A stretch of DNA of 57,374 nucleotides, filler included, from Platydemus manokwari (lineage: Eukaryota), in the NCBI GenBank assembly GCA_037951405.1. It is 6 parts of 6 records of this genome, joined end to end, with 100 filler letters (N's around TTAATTAATTAA, not from the genome) between each part and the next. Parts side by side here need not be neighbours in the genome. Positions count along the whole stretch, not along the records: positions 36,639 to 46,500 come from JBBMOY011195877.1; positions 46,601 to 57,374 come from JBBMOY011106331.1; 4 more parts are not named here. One strand, written 5' to 3'. The notes below the pieces were generated by a model. The model was not told the DNA's origin and searched no databases. It was given only the letters and a program-made list of their open reading frames with translations. This document shows positions 40,493 through 53,170 of this stretch, piece after piece (the stretch's first letter is position 1; each line of letters opens with the position of its first letter). Both the position numbers and the translations under genes were made by a program.

Positions 40493-40826
40493 ATGATGAA
40501 ATCCGTTATTATTCTCTCTCTATTAATTGTGTTATTCAAATGTCACGAAGCAATTGAAGAAGTGAATTCTGATGAGACTGAGTTTGAAGATCTGTCAATG
40601 AAAGAATTGGAAGATGGTTTGTTTGATTTATTCATTCGAATAATAATTGATTTTAGATTTAGAAGAACAAGTCGAGATTCAAGAAAAACTTTTAGGTAAA
40701 TGTAAACCGAAAGTTTATAAATGTCCAAATCATCTGAAATATAATTGCAAAATATGCGTTTTTAAACGAAAACGCAAGGGATTATTTTGTAAAAAAACCG
40801 GTCATATAATTTGTATTCATAGATAA
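40493..40826 (+). CDS. Secreted cysteine-rich prepropeptide A1 (97 aa; exons 40493-40616, 40657-40826)
   Basis: MMKSVIILSLLIVLFKCHEAIEEVNSDETEFEDLSMKELED|DLEEQVEIQEKLLGKCKPKVYKCPNHLKYNCKICVFKRKRKGLFCKKTGHIICIHR*. One 40-nt phase-1 GT-AG intron. The structure is supported by the paralog at 45971-46307. Confidence 0.88.
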
Positions 40827-41699
40827 TAAATATTGGTACAGTTATGTGTGATTTTGTTTTAATTTTTAAGCACTTGTTCTAATTAATAAATATTCGATGT
40901 TTTAGATATTTCTTATATTCTCATAAAATGACTACATTTTATTTATTGGATAATATTAGTGCGACCTTATTTCAAAATCCAATTGCACCGCAATTATGAT
41001 GTGGTGTTTGCAGACCCTTTAAATGATTCTGTTGTGTAATATGTTTTAAAATATATTTTCATTAGCAAAACATTTAAGGATATCTCTAATATTTTAATAA
41101 ATCTTTTATATATACTAGTAAAATAGCATTAAAATTTGTTCTTCACAAAACTACAAAATGTTGTGATTGAATGAGAAAAATTATTAGTTGATTGTTTTAT
41201 ATAATTGTTTCGTGGCATTTGAAGAACACGATTAATAGACAGAGACTAATAGCGAATTTCATCATTGGACTTTGTAGTCTAATAGTCTAAATGGCGCGAT
41301 GATAGATAGTGGTAATTATTAATTATAGCTGGTAATATATATATATATATTTTCTTCAATAATAACTGTATGTAATAAGTCATGTTACTTATTTAAATTG
41401 TTCGAATCTTAATACATTTTTTGAGTTCCGGTTTTTCTCACTACTGTAGTAGTTTTTTTTGTTTATTATTCTCTACCGATAATAGCTTCTTGACTCTAAA
41501 TATTTCTTAGCTGTGGGGACTTATAGCAATGACGGCATACTATGAAAAAAACATTTTTACAGTGCCCCTTAGCAATTGAAGAATTGAAAACAATTGACAC
41601 AAATAAAAATTTAAAAGTGCCATTCAGAATTTAAAAATCGCAATAAATTTAGCCCGATTATCAAAAATGAAATGATCAGTCTTGTCGTTGTCCACGGTT

Positions 41700-43730
41700 A
41701 ATTTAAGAAAGACATCGGTATGATGATTATAAAACTCCAAGTCAATTTTTATTTTCCTGTTTTTCTGGCAGCGAACTGAGTTTTGGTCCACTATGTTGCT
41801 GCAGATGATGATTTCTCAGTGAGCAGTTTGTCTGATATCCAGAGTAGCGCAGTTTTTAAGTCTTTTGAGTTGGTCACTCGGTGTTTGACGACATTAGTGA
41901 TATTATTTCGATGAAAGTTATGAAGTCATGATCCGGACTCATGAGGTATCTGAAGACTCCAACTATGCTTGTGACACAGTATTCCATTAGAGAAGTGGTA
42001 AGTCCGATTACGCCAAGTTTTGTTGGAGTGTAGAGAAAATTGTTCTTACTGGACTTTGAGCCGTTCATATTTAGAATTTTCCGTGAGATTAAGCCAATTT
42101 TCTTCTCAAATGATTGAATTAGTTGGCCGTGTTGGTCTGTAATTAATTTTTGTCAAACCAAATTTGTGGTTTTGATCTGCTGAATTCTGAGATGGAACGG
42201 TAATCTCGAGTGAAGGAATGTGTTGTAGGCCTGGAACTTCTGCGAAGGATGTAGTCTGAAGTCTGCAATAGCTTCGAAATCTGTGATAATTGATTCCAGT
42301 AGGTGTTCTTCATATATGGCTTGAATCATCTTGATGTAATTTTGTATTACAACCCTTTTTGTTGAGGTTGTACCATATGAAGTTGTGCGGCAGACTTGGA
42401 AAAGCTTCCTTGAAATCAATATTCAATCTCTGCGATGGTGATATCTTTTAGGTTTGAATTGTCCTCGTGTCTTAGAAGGTTTGGATATAAGTGCGCTGGT
42501 AGTTGAGACGGTCCCGGTTTGGAATAATGATCAATAATTTCTTTTAAACTTGGGATAGATGTTGGATTCGTTAATGGCATAATGCTCCGTATTGTTTTTT
42601 GGGCTCCTTTAGGAATTTATTCCGAAGCATGTAATCCGAAGTTGATTGATCACAAAATGGAGCACTGATGGTTAGGAATCTGGTCTGGTCTGTTGCAGTA
42701 ATTGCAGTTCTAGCAGAAGTGAGCATTTGTAATTCATTTGGGGAGGATTTTCATTTTTTAATTGTGTCAATATTTTCCATAGAAGGACGAGATTTGATAT
42801 CGTTTTGTTGATATCGTTTCTGAGTTGGGGCAAGACTGGAGCGAAGAAGACTAGAGAGTTACTTGCATAGTCCAGTAAGTGTTGAATGACAAAACAGTCC
42901 ACAGTCTGGTGAGTTCAGTTGCATCGGTAGGTCCTGTAAAGAAAATTCTGACATGTAGATGGTCTCTGTGACATCAATCAGATTCTGGAGGATGTAGTCA
43001 AGCTTGTTCGTGCTTCGAGAGAGGTGCTTCGTTGCCGGATCGATAAAGAATCTGCTTTGTTTGCTCGGACCTGCAATATATAGGTTCCAATGGGTGTTAT
43101 TCCATTGGATTAATCAGAAGGCACATCTCCAAGTTGCAAGTTTGTGGAATGGAAACGACTTATAGAATAATTGGTAATCGCTGTTTTGGATTGCTTTTGC
43201 CGGTTGAGATTTAATAAATATGTTGAAATCCATATCTGAAAGCTTGTTGGTTTGGTAGGCTTTTATAGCGGCACTCGATAGTTATTGTGACGTTAGGTCT
43301 TTGGTGGACAGAGAGGGAGTGCATTGATATCCGTATTGTTTGCTGAGTTGGTTGATCTTTGGAATTCAAGATGATATTTCAGACCAGTGACAGAGCGGAT
43401 AAAACCACAGAAGCATTACACTGCAAATTCTGATGAAATGTTGATGTTGATCATTTGATTGAAATGTCTTGCACAATTATGGTATTGGCAAATGGAAATC
43501 TGTACATTTTTGGGCACAAATTACGTTTCGCATTCGTCAATGAGGTTCGAAATGGCATCGTTTTGAGTAGCTCCTCCGTATAGTTTCGATAGATAGTGAC
43601 ATATTTGGATTTGTATTTGAGAAGGGTTTGATGTGGTTTGATTTTCTGGAGTAATATTTTCTTGTGTTGAGTTTTGAATAAAAAATAAAGAACACAATCC
43701 AATTATAGTCGATATAAGAACAAGAAATCA
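41700..43730 (-). mobile_element. Degenerate non-LTR retrotransposon RT region (probably RLE-type clade)
   Basis: Fragments LDYILQNL (post-QG motif), LLDYASNSLVFFA (decayed YADD), NYKC and FLYTPTKLGVIGL (LYxP..GGLGL motif). GC content is higher than the flanks. Many stops. Confidence 0.55.
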
Positions 43731-45970
43731 ATCATTAGAAAGAACTTCAGTTAATAAAGGTAATGCTGTTATTTCCCAATTAAGAATTCAAAAATAATAA
43801 TAAAATGGCTCCAGATCTTATGTATGTCAGAATAATACAAAGACAACGAGTTGGTGAAACACGATGAAATTAAAGTATTTAGCCCTAAGAACCAACCAAT
43901 AAATAATAGTCCTATATTTTGTGGCAGCTCCTGCTTTCAGTGGTCAATTACAAGAAATAGTAAGGCAAATTAGTGACCTTGATATTCAGAGAGGAACGTA
44001 TTTCACATGAAATCATGCCAAGACCGTGATCAATACATAAAAAAATTGAAGAAAAGAGCATCAACTTTTGCGCATCAGAGGAATCACAAAAATTAATTGA
44101 AAATATATCATAATGATTGGTCTCGTGGTAGTAATGCGAGTGATCATTTAGTTTAAAGTAAAAATAACGAAACAGCTTTTAACAAGAACATTGTAAACAA
44201 GTATCAATTTTTTCAGTTTAAATAATAGCCTTAATTCGCCATTACGTTTTTTTGTACAGGTTCATTTGTCGTGATAATGCATGATTTTCAGCATATAATT
44301 TTATTTAATAACGACATATATTAGGCTATCTACTGAACAAATTCAATCAATAAATTACTGAATATTGATTTTTGAATAAAATCAATCTCGGATTTGAGAA
44401 GACAATAAAATAGCTGTGGTTAGAATTTGTGATGAAGTGTGTTTGACAACCATGAATTGCAATTCTTTACAGTACAAAATATGATGTGTTGATCAATGAC
44501 TGAATACCACAAAATAAAAATGGTTTAGCACCTTATAATCTTTATTTTAGCATCATTGTATGTCTATGCAATCATAAACACATAGCAACCAACAAGTCCA
44601 AGAGGACGTAAATATAAGATTCGAATTTCAAAATGAAAAGGACTGCACAATAACATACATTTTGGTCAATTATTTTAATAAAATGTCAGATTTTATTACG
44701 AAAAAAGAAGATAAAAAGTAATACTTCCATGGTGAGATTGTAACTCTACTCTGTTTAAAACCTCACTTGAAATTATACTAAATTTTATATCGCAGAACAA
44801 GTCAAATAATTAAAAGGTTGTATATATATATATTATCAAAATAGACGAACTTGATACTTCCATAATGAAGTTTATGTGGAACAAAATATTAATTGCAAGA
44901 GGTAGAGCATTGTATCATATTTGCATGATAACATATTCAACCAAAGGTTTAAGAATCCTTATAATTAGTAGAGGGATATAAAATGATTTGATTGATTTTA
45001 ATCATTATAAAGAAATTTGTAATCAATATATTGATATCTTTGTTTTAATATAAAGCCAAATTAAATCAGTGTGAGCATGCGATTCAAAAGACACTCCTCC
45101 ACTCAATCAGCAGTTATATTATTGATAAAGTTCTCTCATAATTTTCCTTATATAAAACATACCAATGAAAACATTATTCTTTAAATTCCATTCGTTATTT
45201 GTCATCAAGTTTGAATTTTACAATCATTGCTTAAACTGAAAATTCGAATAACGTATTCATATATACGCATTTTAATTATTTTTAGAAATTTTTTATTGCG
45301 AATCTTGATCGAGCATATAAAACAGTAAATATATTTTAAATTTTAATAACTTAATGTCCACAAATTTTTAATAATTTAATAAAATTTCTAAACATGTCGG
45401 ACTTATATTTTTTAAATTAAATTATAATTAAATTATTATTAAATGTGTTCCTTTAAATTTCCACATACTGCATATCAAAATGATGTTCTTTTACCATTTT
45501 AATCAACACATCCTTCAAAGATTATTCGCATATTAAATTTCAATAGCAAGTTCAGTATTGTTTGACCAATACAATTCATTATTAATGCTGATGGGGACAA
45601 TGATGAAAGGGACAAAAGAACAGTGACTGTTTCGGTTTTCAGAATCACTGTATTGTTTGTTCATTATTGATGTTGAAGATTTTAATTATTTATGATTAAA
45701 CATTTTCAAATCAATTTTAAAGCATAACATTTAAGACCCATAGTTAATAAGCTGAAACTATATCAAAATGGTTATAATACACTACAATGCAGATTTCATG
45801 TAAATAGATTTTTTCTCTTAATATGATGGTAAATATATTTGATTAAGATTCCGCATTTTATCCAAATTTAATAAAAAAAATAAAATTTTAAGTATTTATT
45901 AATTAAAACAAATGTTTTATTATACAACTAGCTAAATTGTGTTGTCCTAATGACAAAATGCTAATAGCTT

Positions 45971-46307
45971 TTAATGTTTTGGAATGCAGATGGCAGTACC
46001 TACTCTGACACAATTTGATCCTTCGAGTTTGGTATTAAAATAACATTGTTTACACTCATCTTCCCTAGATCTTGCACATTGCACAAATTTCCGACCACAT
46101 TCAGGTAAACGCTTTTCCAAATGCTCGCCTCGTTCTTCGTAGTCTATAATCTAATTAAAATACAACAAGTAATTTAAATATACCGTCTGTCATTTCTTTC
46201 ATAGTCAGCTCTTCAGATTCACTTTCGTCAGCATCGATTTCGTCAATTGCTTCGTGACAATTAAAGAACACAAACATTAAACAGAAAATAATGGCTACTT
46301 TCATCAT
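45971..46307 (-). CDS. Secreted cysteine-rich prepropeptide A2 (98 aa; exons 46184-46307, 45971-46143)
   Basis: MMKVAIIFCLMFVFFNCHEAIDEIDADESESEELTMKEMTD|DYEERGEHLEKRLPECGRKFVQCARSREDECKQCYFNTKLEGSNCVRVGTAICIPKH*. Same 124-nt exon 1, 40-nt intron and Cys spacing as A1. Confidence 0.88.
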
Positions 46308-46500
46308 TAAATTATATCGACCAATACTCAACCTTATATATAATTAATTGGCTAAGTACAAAGGTTGTGTGTCAACTGTAACTGAATCACAGTATAAAGA
46401 AAATCACAATATGAATGTTCAAAAATAATATTGGGTGTATAACCTTAAAATTTCGATTTGATAAAAGATGTCGCTGGGAGTATTGCTTGCATATAATGTC

Positions 46501-46600
46501 NNNNNNNNNNNNNNNNNNNNNNNNNNNNNNNNNNNNNNNNNNNNTTAATTAATTAANNNNNNNNNNNNNNNNNNNNNNNNNNNNNNNNNNNNNNNNNNNN
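46501..46600. other. Artificial contig-joining spacer
   Basis: N44-TTAATTAATTAA-N44. Confidence 0.97.
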
Positions 46601-46884
46601 ATGATTTGCTACAGCACACACACAAGTGTTTACATCTGGTGTCAAATTCCGGTTATTAAGTTATAGACCCAATAGTTTATCAGTTTCTAAATTGGTTTTA
46701 ACCAGCCCCATTTATATACTGCATTTTGCAATTCCTACACAAAATAACTCTGCTTTATTTAAATCGCCTTTTTTTAATAATCTTCTTTATTATCAGTGAT
46801 CCTCTTAACCGAATTCATAAATTTTTTTTTCATCATTACTAATTTTTTTAAAAAATAAAATTTAAAAGAAGCTCCGAAATAAAG

Positions 46885-47550
46885 TTAATCTTGAATAGCA
46901 CACATTTACTCCTCTCTAGTTAATATTTCAACATCTTTTTCTTTTAATATATAACAATAAGCATTACATTCATAATCAGAATCTGTTGCAATAGCCATTG
47001 TTTGATTACAACCATTTGTTATTAATTTCTCATCTTGATCACTGACATTAAAACAAAATAATGAATGACATATTTAATTTTAGTTTGTTTCCAAATTATT
47101 TACATACAGTGATATAAGCTAAATAGGGTTTTATTTGGCTGTTGTTTGTTATATGAAATTACATTTTATTCTTTGGACAATTAGAGCTATTTATTGATTA
47201 TTTCCAATTTTTTGAATAAACTTTGAACTATTTCTGATGTATTCAATTTCATATTTGAATCCTGCAATTATATCTTTTTGTCCATCATTAATGAAGCTAC
47301 CATGCATGTTGGATATTGATCATTTCGGAATACCAATAAAATTTAAATAATTTACCTGAATAGGTTCACCAGTATTGAATATTTCTAATAAACTTAATTC
47401 ATTTTCTAGATTTCAAGCTACTTCTGGACTACAAAATTCTGATGATTTAATAGTTAATTTTCCTTCACCGTTTGTACCTTAAAAAGTTCTTTATTATTCA
47501 TATTCCAATTTAAAGTTAACCTTGTCATCATTAGGTTTAATAATAATTTA
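46885..47550 (-). pseudogene. Probable Polinton/Maverick major capsid protein, C-terminal relic
   Basis: KLTIKSSEFCSPEVA*NLENELSLLEIFNTGEPIQVNY...IIAGFK...SLFCFNVSDQDEKLITNGCNQTMAIATDSDYECNAYCYILKEKDVEI resembles, from memory, the C-terminal half of Polinton MCPs (P.V.L...L.....G.P...; LF..D.S.Q.E.L...AYC.IL). Stops are present. Confidence 0.55.
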
Positions 47551-47711
47551 TAACTTTTTAAAAATCAAAAAAATTATTATAAAGGAAAGATTCCTTTATA
47601 AATTTTACAAGATTTTCTTCTTTTAAAACGTACAATATCTTATCCGTATCCGAAAATATATTTTGATGATGCATTTAGAATGTTTTTTTCTTTATTTATT
47701 TAAAAGGTTGA

Positions 47712-48160
47712 TTAGGACGATGCGAAATGGTATCAGAGTAACTGGTTTGGGATAAATATTTGGGATAGAATTTATCATCAATGCAACATATGAGAGTTCA
47801 ATTCAACATTCTCCTTTTGAAATATTGTTTGGACAAAGAATTAATATGCGTAGGTTACGACTAAATGAACCATGTCACCAAGACCAGATAATCAATGAAA
47901 CGGAAAAACAACTAAAATCAGTAACTACAAACTTAAGGAATTGATGCTAAAAAAATAGGTTCTAGAATTTTGGTGGTTGAAGAAAAAGTTTTAGTGAAGA
48001 AAGAACCACACAAGATAAAGGAGAGCAGAGGTTGTTATAAAGGTCCTCAGAGAATTTTGATCTTTTTAGGCCCACATCAAGTGCTTCTTGATTTCCAGGA
48101 CAGCCAAGACCTCGAAGAATTGAGTGGCTAAAGCTGATCTCAAAAACCACTGGAGAATGA
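47712..48160 (+). mobile_element. Gypsy integrase C-terminal relic, same family as 5925-6920
   Basis: Colinear nucleotide similarity to about 6480-6915 (TTTATCATCAATGCAACATAT...TTGTTTGGACAA.GAATTAATATGC...AAGAAAGAA.CACACAAGATAAAG...CTTCTTGATTTCCAGG). Confidence 0.88.
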
Positions 48161-51100
48161 AGTTGGATAAAAATAAATTTCAACGGAAACAACCGATGTT
48201 TTTACTACAATAAATTTCATTCAAGTACTGGTGTTTGTCCTTTGTAACCTAATAAAAATCCTGAAATTATTCAAGAATTGATGAAAAAATATAATGATAG
48301 AAAAATGATCTTAAAGGAAAAATCAAAAATCAAAGTTTTGAATCGAATAAGAATAAATTAAAAAAGAATTTTGACATATATAAGATTTTAATGTGTTATG
48401 CCAATTGAGGAAGTTTGTAAAACTTGTAACTTATAGATTGACTGATTTAAAATGTGTTAAAAAGTTTTATTAAATTGAATTGATTAGAATAATTTTTCTA
48501 TGGTTAAATTTTTGTGACTCAGTCGTAGTGATAATAAGAGACGAAATGATTGTAGGAATTCAAATCAGAAGCAAAATATATTTTCTAAAGATATATTTCT
48601 AAAAGCTTGAATGAGAATTATTTTATCTGATGAAGAAAACATCGTAGATTACAAATCTGTTTTCAAAATTAAAATCGTAATATAATTCGAGAAAACATTC
48701 GATTTTAAAGTTTCAAAAATATAATAATATTAAAAACAAATTTAAATTATCTATTTATAATAGTAAGTAATTTATTAATTAAAAAGAATACAAAATGGGT
48801 TTATTTAACACTAACCGTATTTGTTTTATTATTATTATTTAATAGTATGACGGCAGTTCATTTTGTATTCCTTTAGTTTATGTTTCTTTAAGTCATATTA
48901 GTATGTTAGGAACGCATCTTTATGGGCACTTTAACGCGTTAAACAATCGCCATTTTTATCAACAAAACCAAAAATTGTATTTATCTTGACCTATAAATCT
49001 AACATTTTATTTTAAATTAGTTTTCTCAAGGGTATCATTATGTCAAAAATTATTATGAGAAGGATCTTTATCTTTTTAAATTATATACAGTAAATATTAT
49101 TGTTTTCACAACCTTTATTTATCTAAGAATTTTCGAGTAAAAACTGTGTCGAATAATGTTATGAAAAAAATTATATATGAAAGTTTGATTATAAATTTAT
49201 TGAAGAAATATATTTACAAATCATGTAGCTTTATTTATTAAATAAAAAGATATTGATTTTATAAAAAATTAATATAAAAATTAAACATTTTAAAGCTATT
49301 TTATTGAACACGTACATTGCCTTTCAATTCCCACTATACGGTCTAGAAGTACATCTTCTTAATTTTCAATCTCAATCCATGGAGATAAAACATTATGGTT
49401 TGGATCAATTAGATTGAGTCCTTTATTTGGATTAAATGGATTGTGATTACAAATTCTGTCATTATAATTGATAGATTTGTCATTGCACAGTGTTATTTTA
49501 GAAGATGTTTTATTCATTCCATTACGATTTATTGAGGATTCATTGGAGATATGTATTGGAGGTAAAATTGGATGACTGATTTTGATATACGTTGACGGAA
49601 TTTTTAAACTCAAAGTTTTCAATGAAGTTCTTTGACGAATTGAAGACTTAAACATTAAACGATAATTATTTGGTAAATGAATGAGAGAAAAGCCCATTGA
49701 CATTTCCTATGAAAGCAATTGATAATTAAATTAACCAATGGGTTTATTGAAATCACTGGTAATGAAAAAATATTTCCTGCAACATTGAATCATACAATAC
49801 AGTAATAAGATTTATATGCATTTGAAATGTGATTGAAAACTATAGTTTTAATTTCCAATTATCTATAAATTAATAATATTATCTATAAGTTATAACTATA
49901 ATTACAAAATAATAATAATATTAGGTTTAGGTTAGGTAGCATTTTAGTCTATTAGGCCGTTTCACAGGGTTTAGAATGTACACTAGACCAAAGAAAACAA
50001 ATTGTGCAGTGTACACTATCAACACAACACTAATTTATTTAAGGCATATACGGCCAATCGGAAACATGTTGCATACATAAAATGTTTATACGAAAATAAA
50101 CAATTAGCACTGCTTCAGACATAAACTAGATGGTACATCAACCCATTGGTACACAATTACAATAATATCTGTTGGGTAGATCACAAAAACAATCAAAATG
50201 TTCACAGGAATCATAGAAATAATTCCGAAATGGTTTATACACAGCTTCGATAGCGCTTGTGTCAGTAGTCAATCAAATTCTTTCGATATATCAGTCCTTT
50301 TTAGGACTTAGTAATGGCATAGAAAAGAAACATCGAAATTCGCCAATGACAGAAAAGACAAGAAAATTTTCTAACAGATTAACTTTATTAAATGAAACAA
50401 AAAAGGATTTCGACACACTCTGTTTGATTTTATCACTATTTGTGATCGAGATTTCATCAAATCTGTGATAATCTACTGATTATTTTATTAAGAGATTTGG
50501 CAATAGTCTCATTGAACTTGTTAATATAATATGATAGTCTCATAATCACATTGTATTTGAATAATTCTATTTATTTTGACTCCGACCTCGTTCCTAATTA
50601 AAACAGCCAAGAGAAAATTTAAAGTTAAAAATAAAATATTTATTTAAATTATTATTTTTAAACATTGTTTATAATATTTCTCTTTACAAATTATTTTAAT
50701 TTTATCATTTCTCATGTAATGAGTAGTATGAAATAAAAATATGAGTTATTTATAATTTTTACTCACATGCACAAATTGGTGGGTTAAGGAGCATTCATTA
50801 CCCTTTAAAAATCCCGTAATCTTTAATATCTATATTACAGAACTTGTATTTGAATAATTATTTAAGAGTTAGGAATTGATAAAAATAATTTTTTAACAAC
50901 TTTTATCGAAATAGATTTTTATTAGCACTGAGAGACTTAATAAGTATAGGAGTCTACTGACCATTTATAAGTTGTTTGTAATTATTATTTTAAATACTTG
51001 CACATTTCACTTCAGAAACACATTATTTGTAGATCATCGTGAAAACCTGAAAAAATAAGTCAGGAACTTATTTTAAATATAATATTGAGCTTGAGATTAT

Positions 51101-51250
51101 TAATGAAGCGAGTCTATTCTATCATTCGACAGTGTTTTGTCAAATAACTGGTAGAACAAATCATTATTTTTATAAAATAAACAATATAAATGGCTTTAGC
51201 TTATATTTTATACCAGAACACCTTTAAAAGTAATGTCTTCATTGATAATT

Positions 51251-51616
51251 TCAGGTTTTTCCCGTTTGTACACACCGACCATCAATGCAAACAGGACATG
51301 GACTCACCAGCATGCATTCAGTATCATATAAGGCTAGATATAAAATATTTCTTCAAAAATATCAATAGTAACGTTATTGATATATTTTCATTAATATTAA
51401 AATTTATTTGTGACAAACATTAGGTATTATATTTATATATAATTCAATCTGACCAGTTGTCGTCGTGTCTTCAGAACGAATAACATTTCCATGACAATCT
51501 TCTAACCTATAGAATATTCAATATATAATCTATATCTATTGTAAATGATCGATAATTAATTACTTCAGCAACATTGATATAACAATAACCAATACCAGAC
51601 GCATATTGATTTTCAT
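51251..51616 (-). CDS. Small secreted 4-Cys peptide B1 (62 aa; exons 51564-51616, 51454-51506, 51251-51333)
   Basis: MKINMRLVLVIVISMLLK|LEDCHGNVIRSEDTTTTA|LYDTECMLVSPCPVCIDGRCVQTGKT*. GT-AG introns of 57 nt (phase 2) and 120 nt (phase 1). TATAAA at 51659-51654. Paralog at 54471-54898. Confidence 0.82.
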
Positions 51617-52289
51617 GTAGACGATATAACTAAATTACTTGACAAATGTTGCATTTATAAGAGTTTAAAAATATCCAGAAAAATATCGTTTAAACTCTAA
51701 CCAATAAGAAAGTTAAACTCAAATCAACTTGATGGCAATACGTTGCCAGATTAATTTTAAATTAAATTTCGATTAAGTTCTTGAAAGATTAAGTTTAAAG
51801 TTGTTTACAAAATTATTTTTTACTAACAAAGCTTAGCTCAAAGACAATATTCTATAACAATTAATTGTTTTACTTAAGTCTGAAAATATTGATTGGAATT
51901 TGGTGATGTCTGTTATAATTCATGATCTATGAGGATAGACATATGGCTAGATAATTCTACCAACATCTGACTTTTTACAGAGCCATACCGTAGGCCGCGT
52001 GTATTATTTACAGTTAATTACTTAATAATTTTTTCTACAAATACTAAGATGACAATGTAATTAAATAATGCTTTATGGATTGCTTCGTGGGATCGTGTCA
52101 ACATTATTAATAATTTAAATATAGGTAAGATTAAAATTAATAATTAAGAAATATTTTTAAATGATTATAAAAAAACAATAAAAAATATTTTAAAACTGAT
52201 TTTTTATAAAAGATAAAAATTTAAAAATAAAAGATTGTTGAAAATAATCGAATATTTGTTTAAAATGGATGTATCATAAATACATATTA

Positions 52290-53170
52290 TTAGTTCGGTG
52301 AAATTAAACATGAAAATGAAGAAGTTTTTGCAAGTAACATGGCGACCACACATGTGGATGAGATCCTTAGTTCGCTGTTGCCAGAAAGATTCAAAATGGT
52401 TGATAATGTCAAAGTGTAATCGATATTCTGAGGATGGGAAAATCTTGAAGCACGTCCAATGCGATGATATATTAACGCGGTTGGACGACGGCTTAATGAA
52501 CAATTTTAGACGATAGATACCAAGATGGGGTGTCAGTGCATACTGAGGAAGGCCTTTGGCCAAAGGAAATCCTTCACTCAGGATTCGACGGAGGTCTTGA
52601 AGTTTAAAAGTAAAGCCGCACCGTGTATTTTAAAAAGATGTATAAACTAGTGGAAGACAGATTGTCTCACAATATAACTAAAGAGGAGTTAACTGCTTTA
52701 TAATTAGAGAAGCAAATTCAGATGAGAGACATTGAGGAAGTGGATCAAATAAAAGAAACCGCAAAAAAGCTAGATAAATTTAGAAATAAGGAAAGAGAAG
52801 CAAACACTATGGTAGTAGAGAAATGGGCCACCAGAGGGCAACCAAAAGCTAGGCCTCCGGAAAGGAAGGTGGGGAATAATACCTTCTATAATTACCGAAA
52901 ACCAGGGAACATCGTAACAAATTGTAAAAGCGAGAAAGTAGGCTACATAGCGAGAAATTGTCCAAATGCCAGATGTCAAAACCGAGAACAATCACGAGAT
53001 TGAATGTTATACGAATCTAGAAAGAAAAGACAACAAACGTCCAACTACCATTAAGGGACATCAATAAACCATCGAAGATTTGGAGAGAGTCAGAGTACCA
53101 TTGGAAGAGATTCAATGAATGTAAATAGACAGAATTTCAACGAACAAAATTACAGAATGGTAAACTGAAA
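52290..53170 (+). mobile_element. Gypsy-type gag relic
   Basis: Decayed zinc knuckles FYNYRKPGNIVTNC, EKVGYIARNCP and RCQNREQS, preceded by a charged helical region. Stops and frameshifts are present. Confidence 0.7.

Noticed and set aside
49921-49936. TTAGG telomere-like repeat
   Set aside because: Only three imperfect units at an internal position.
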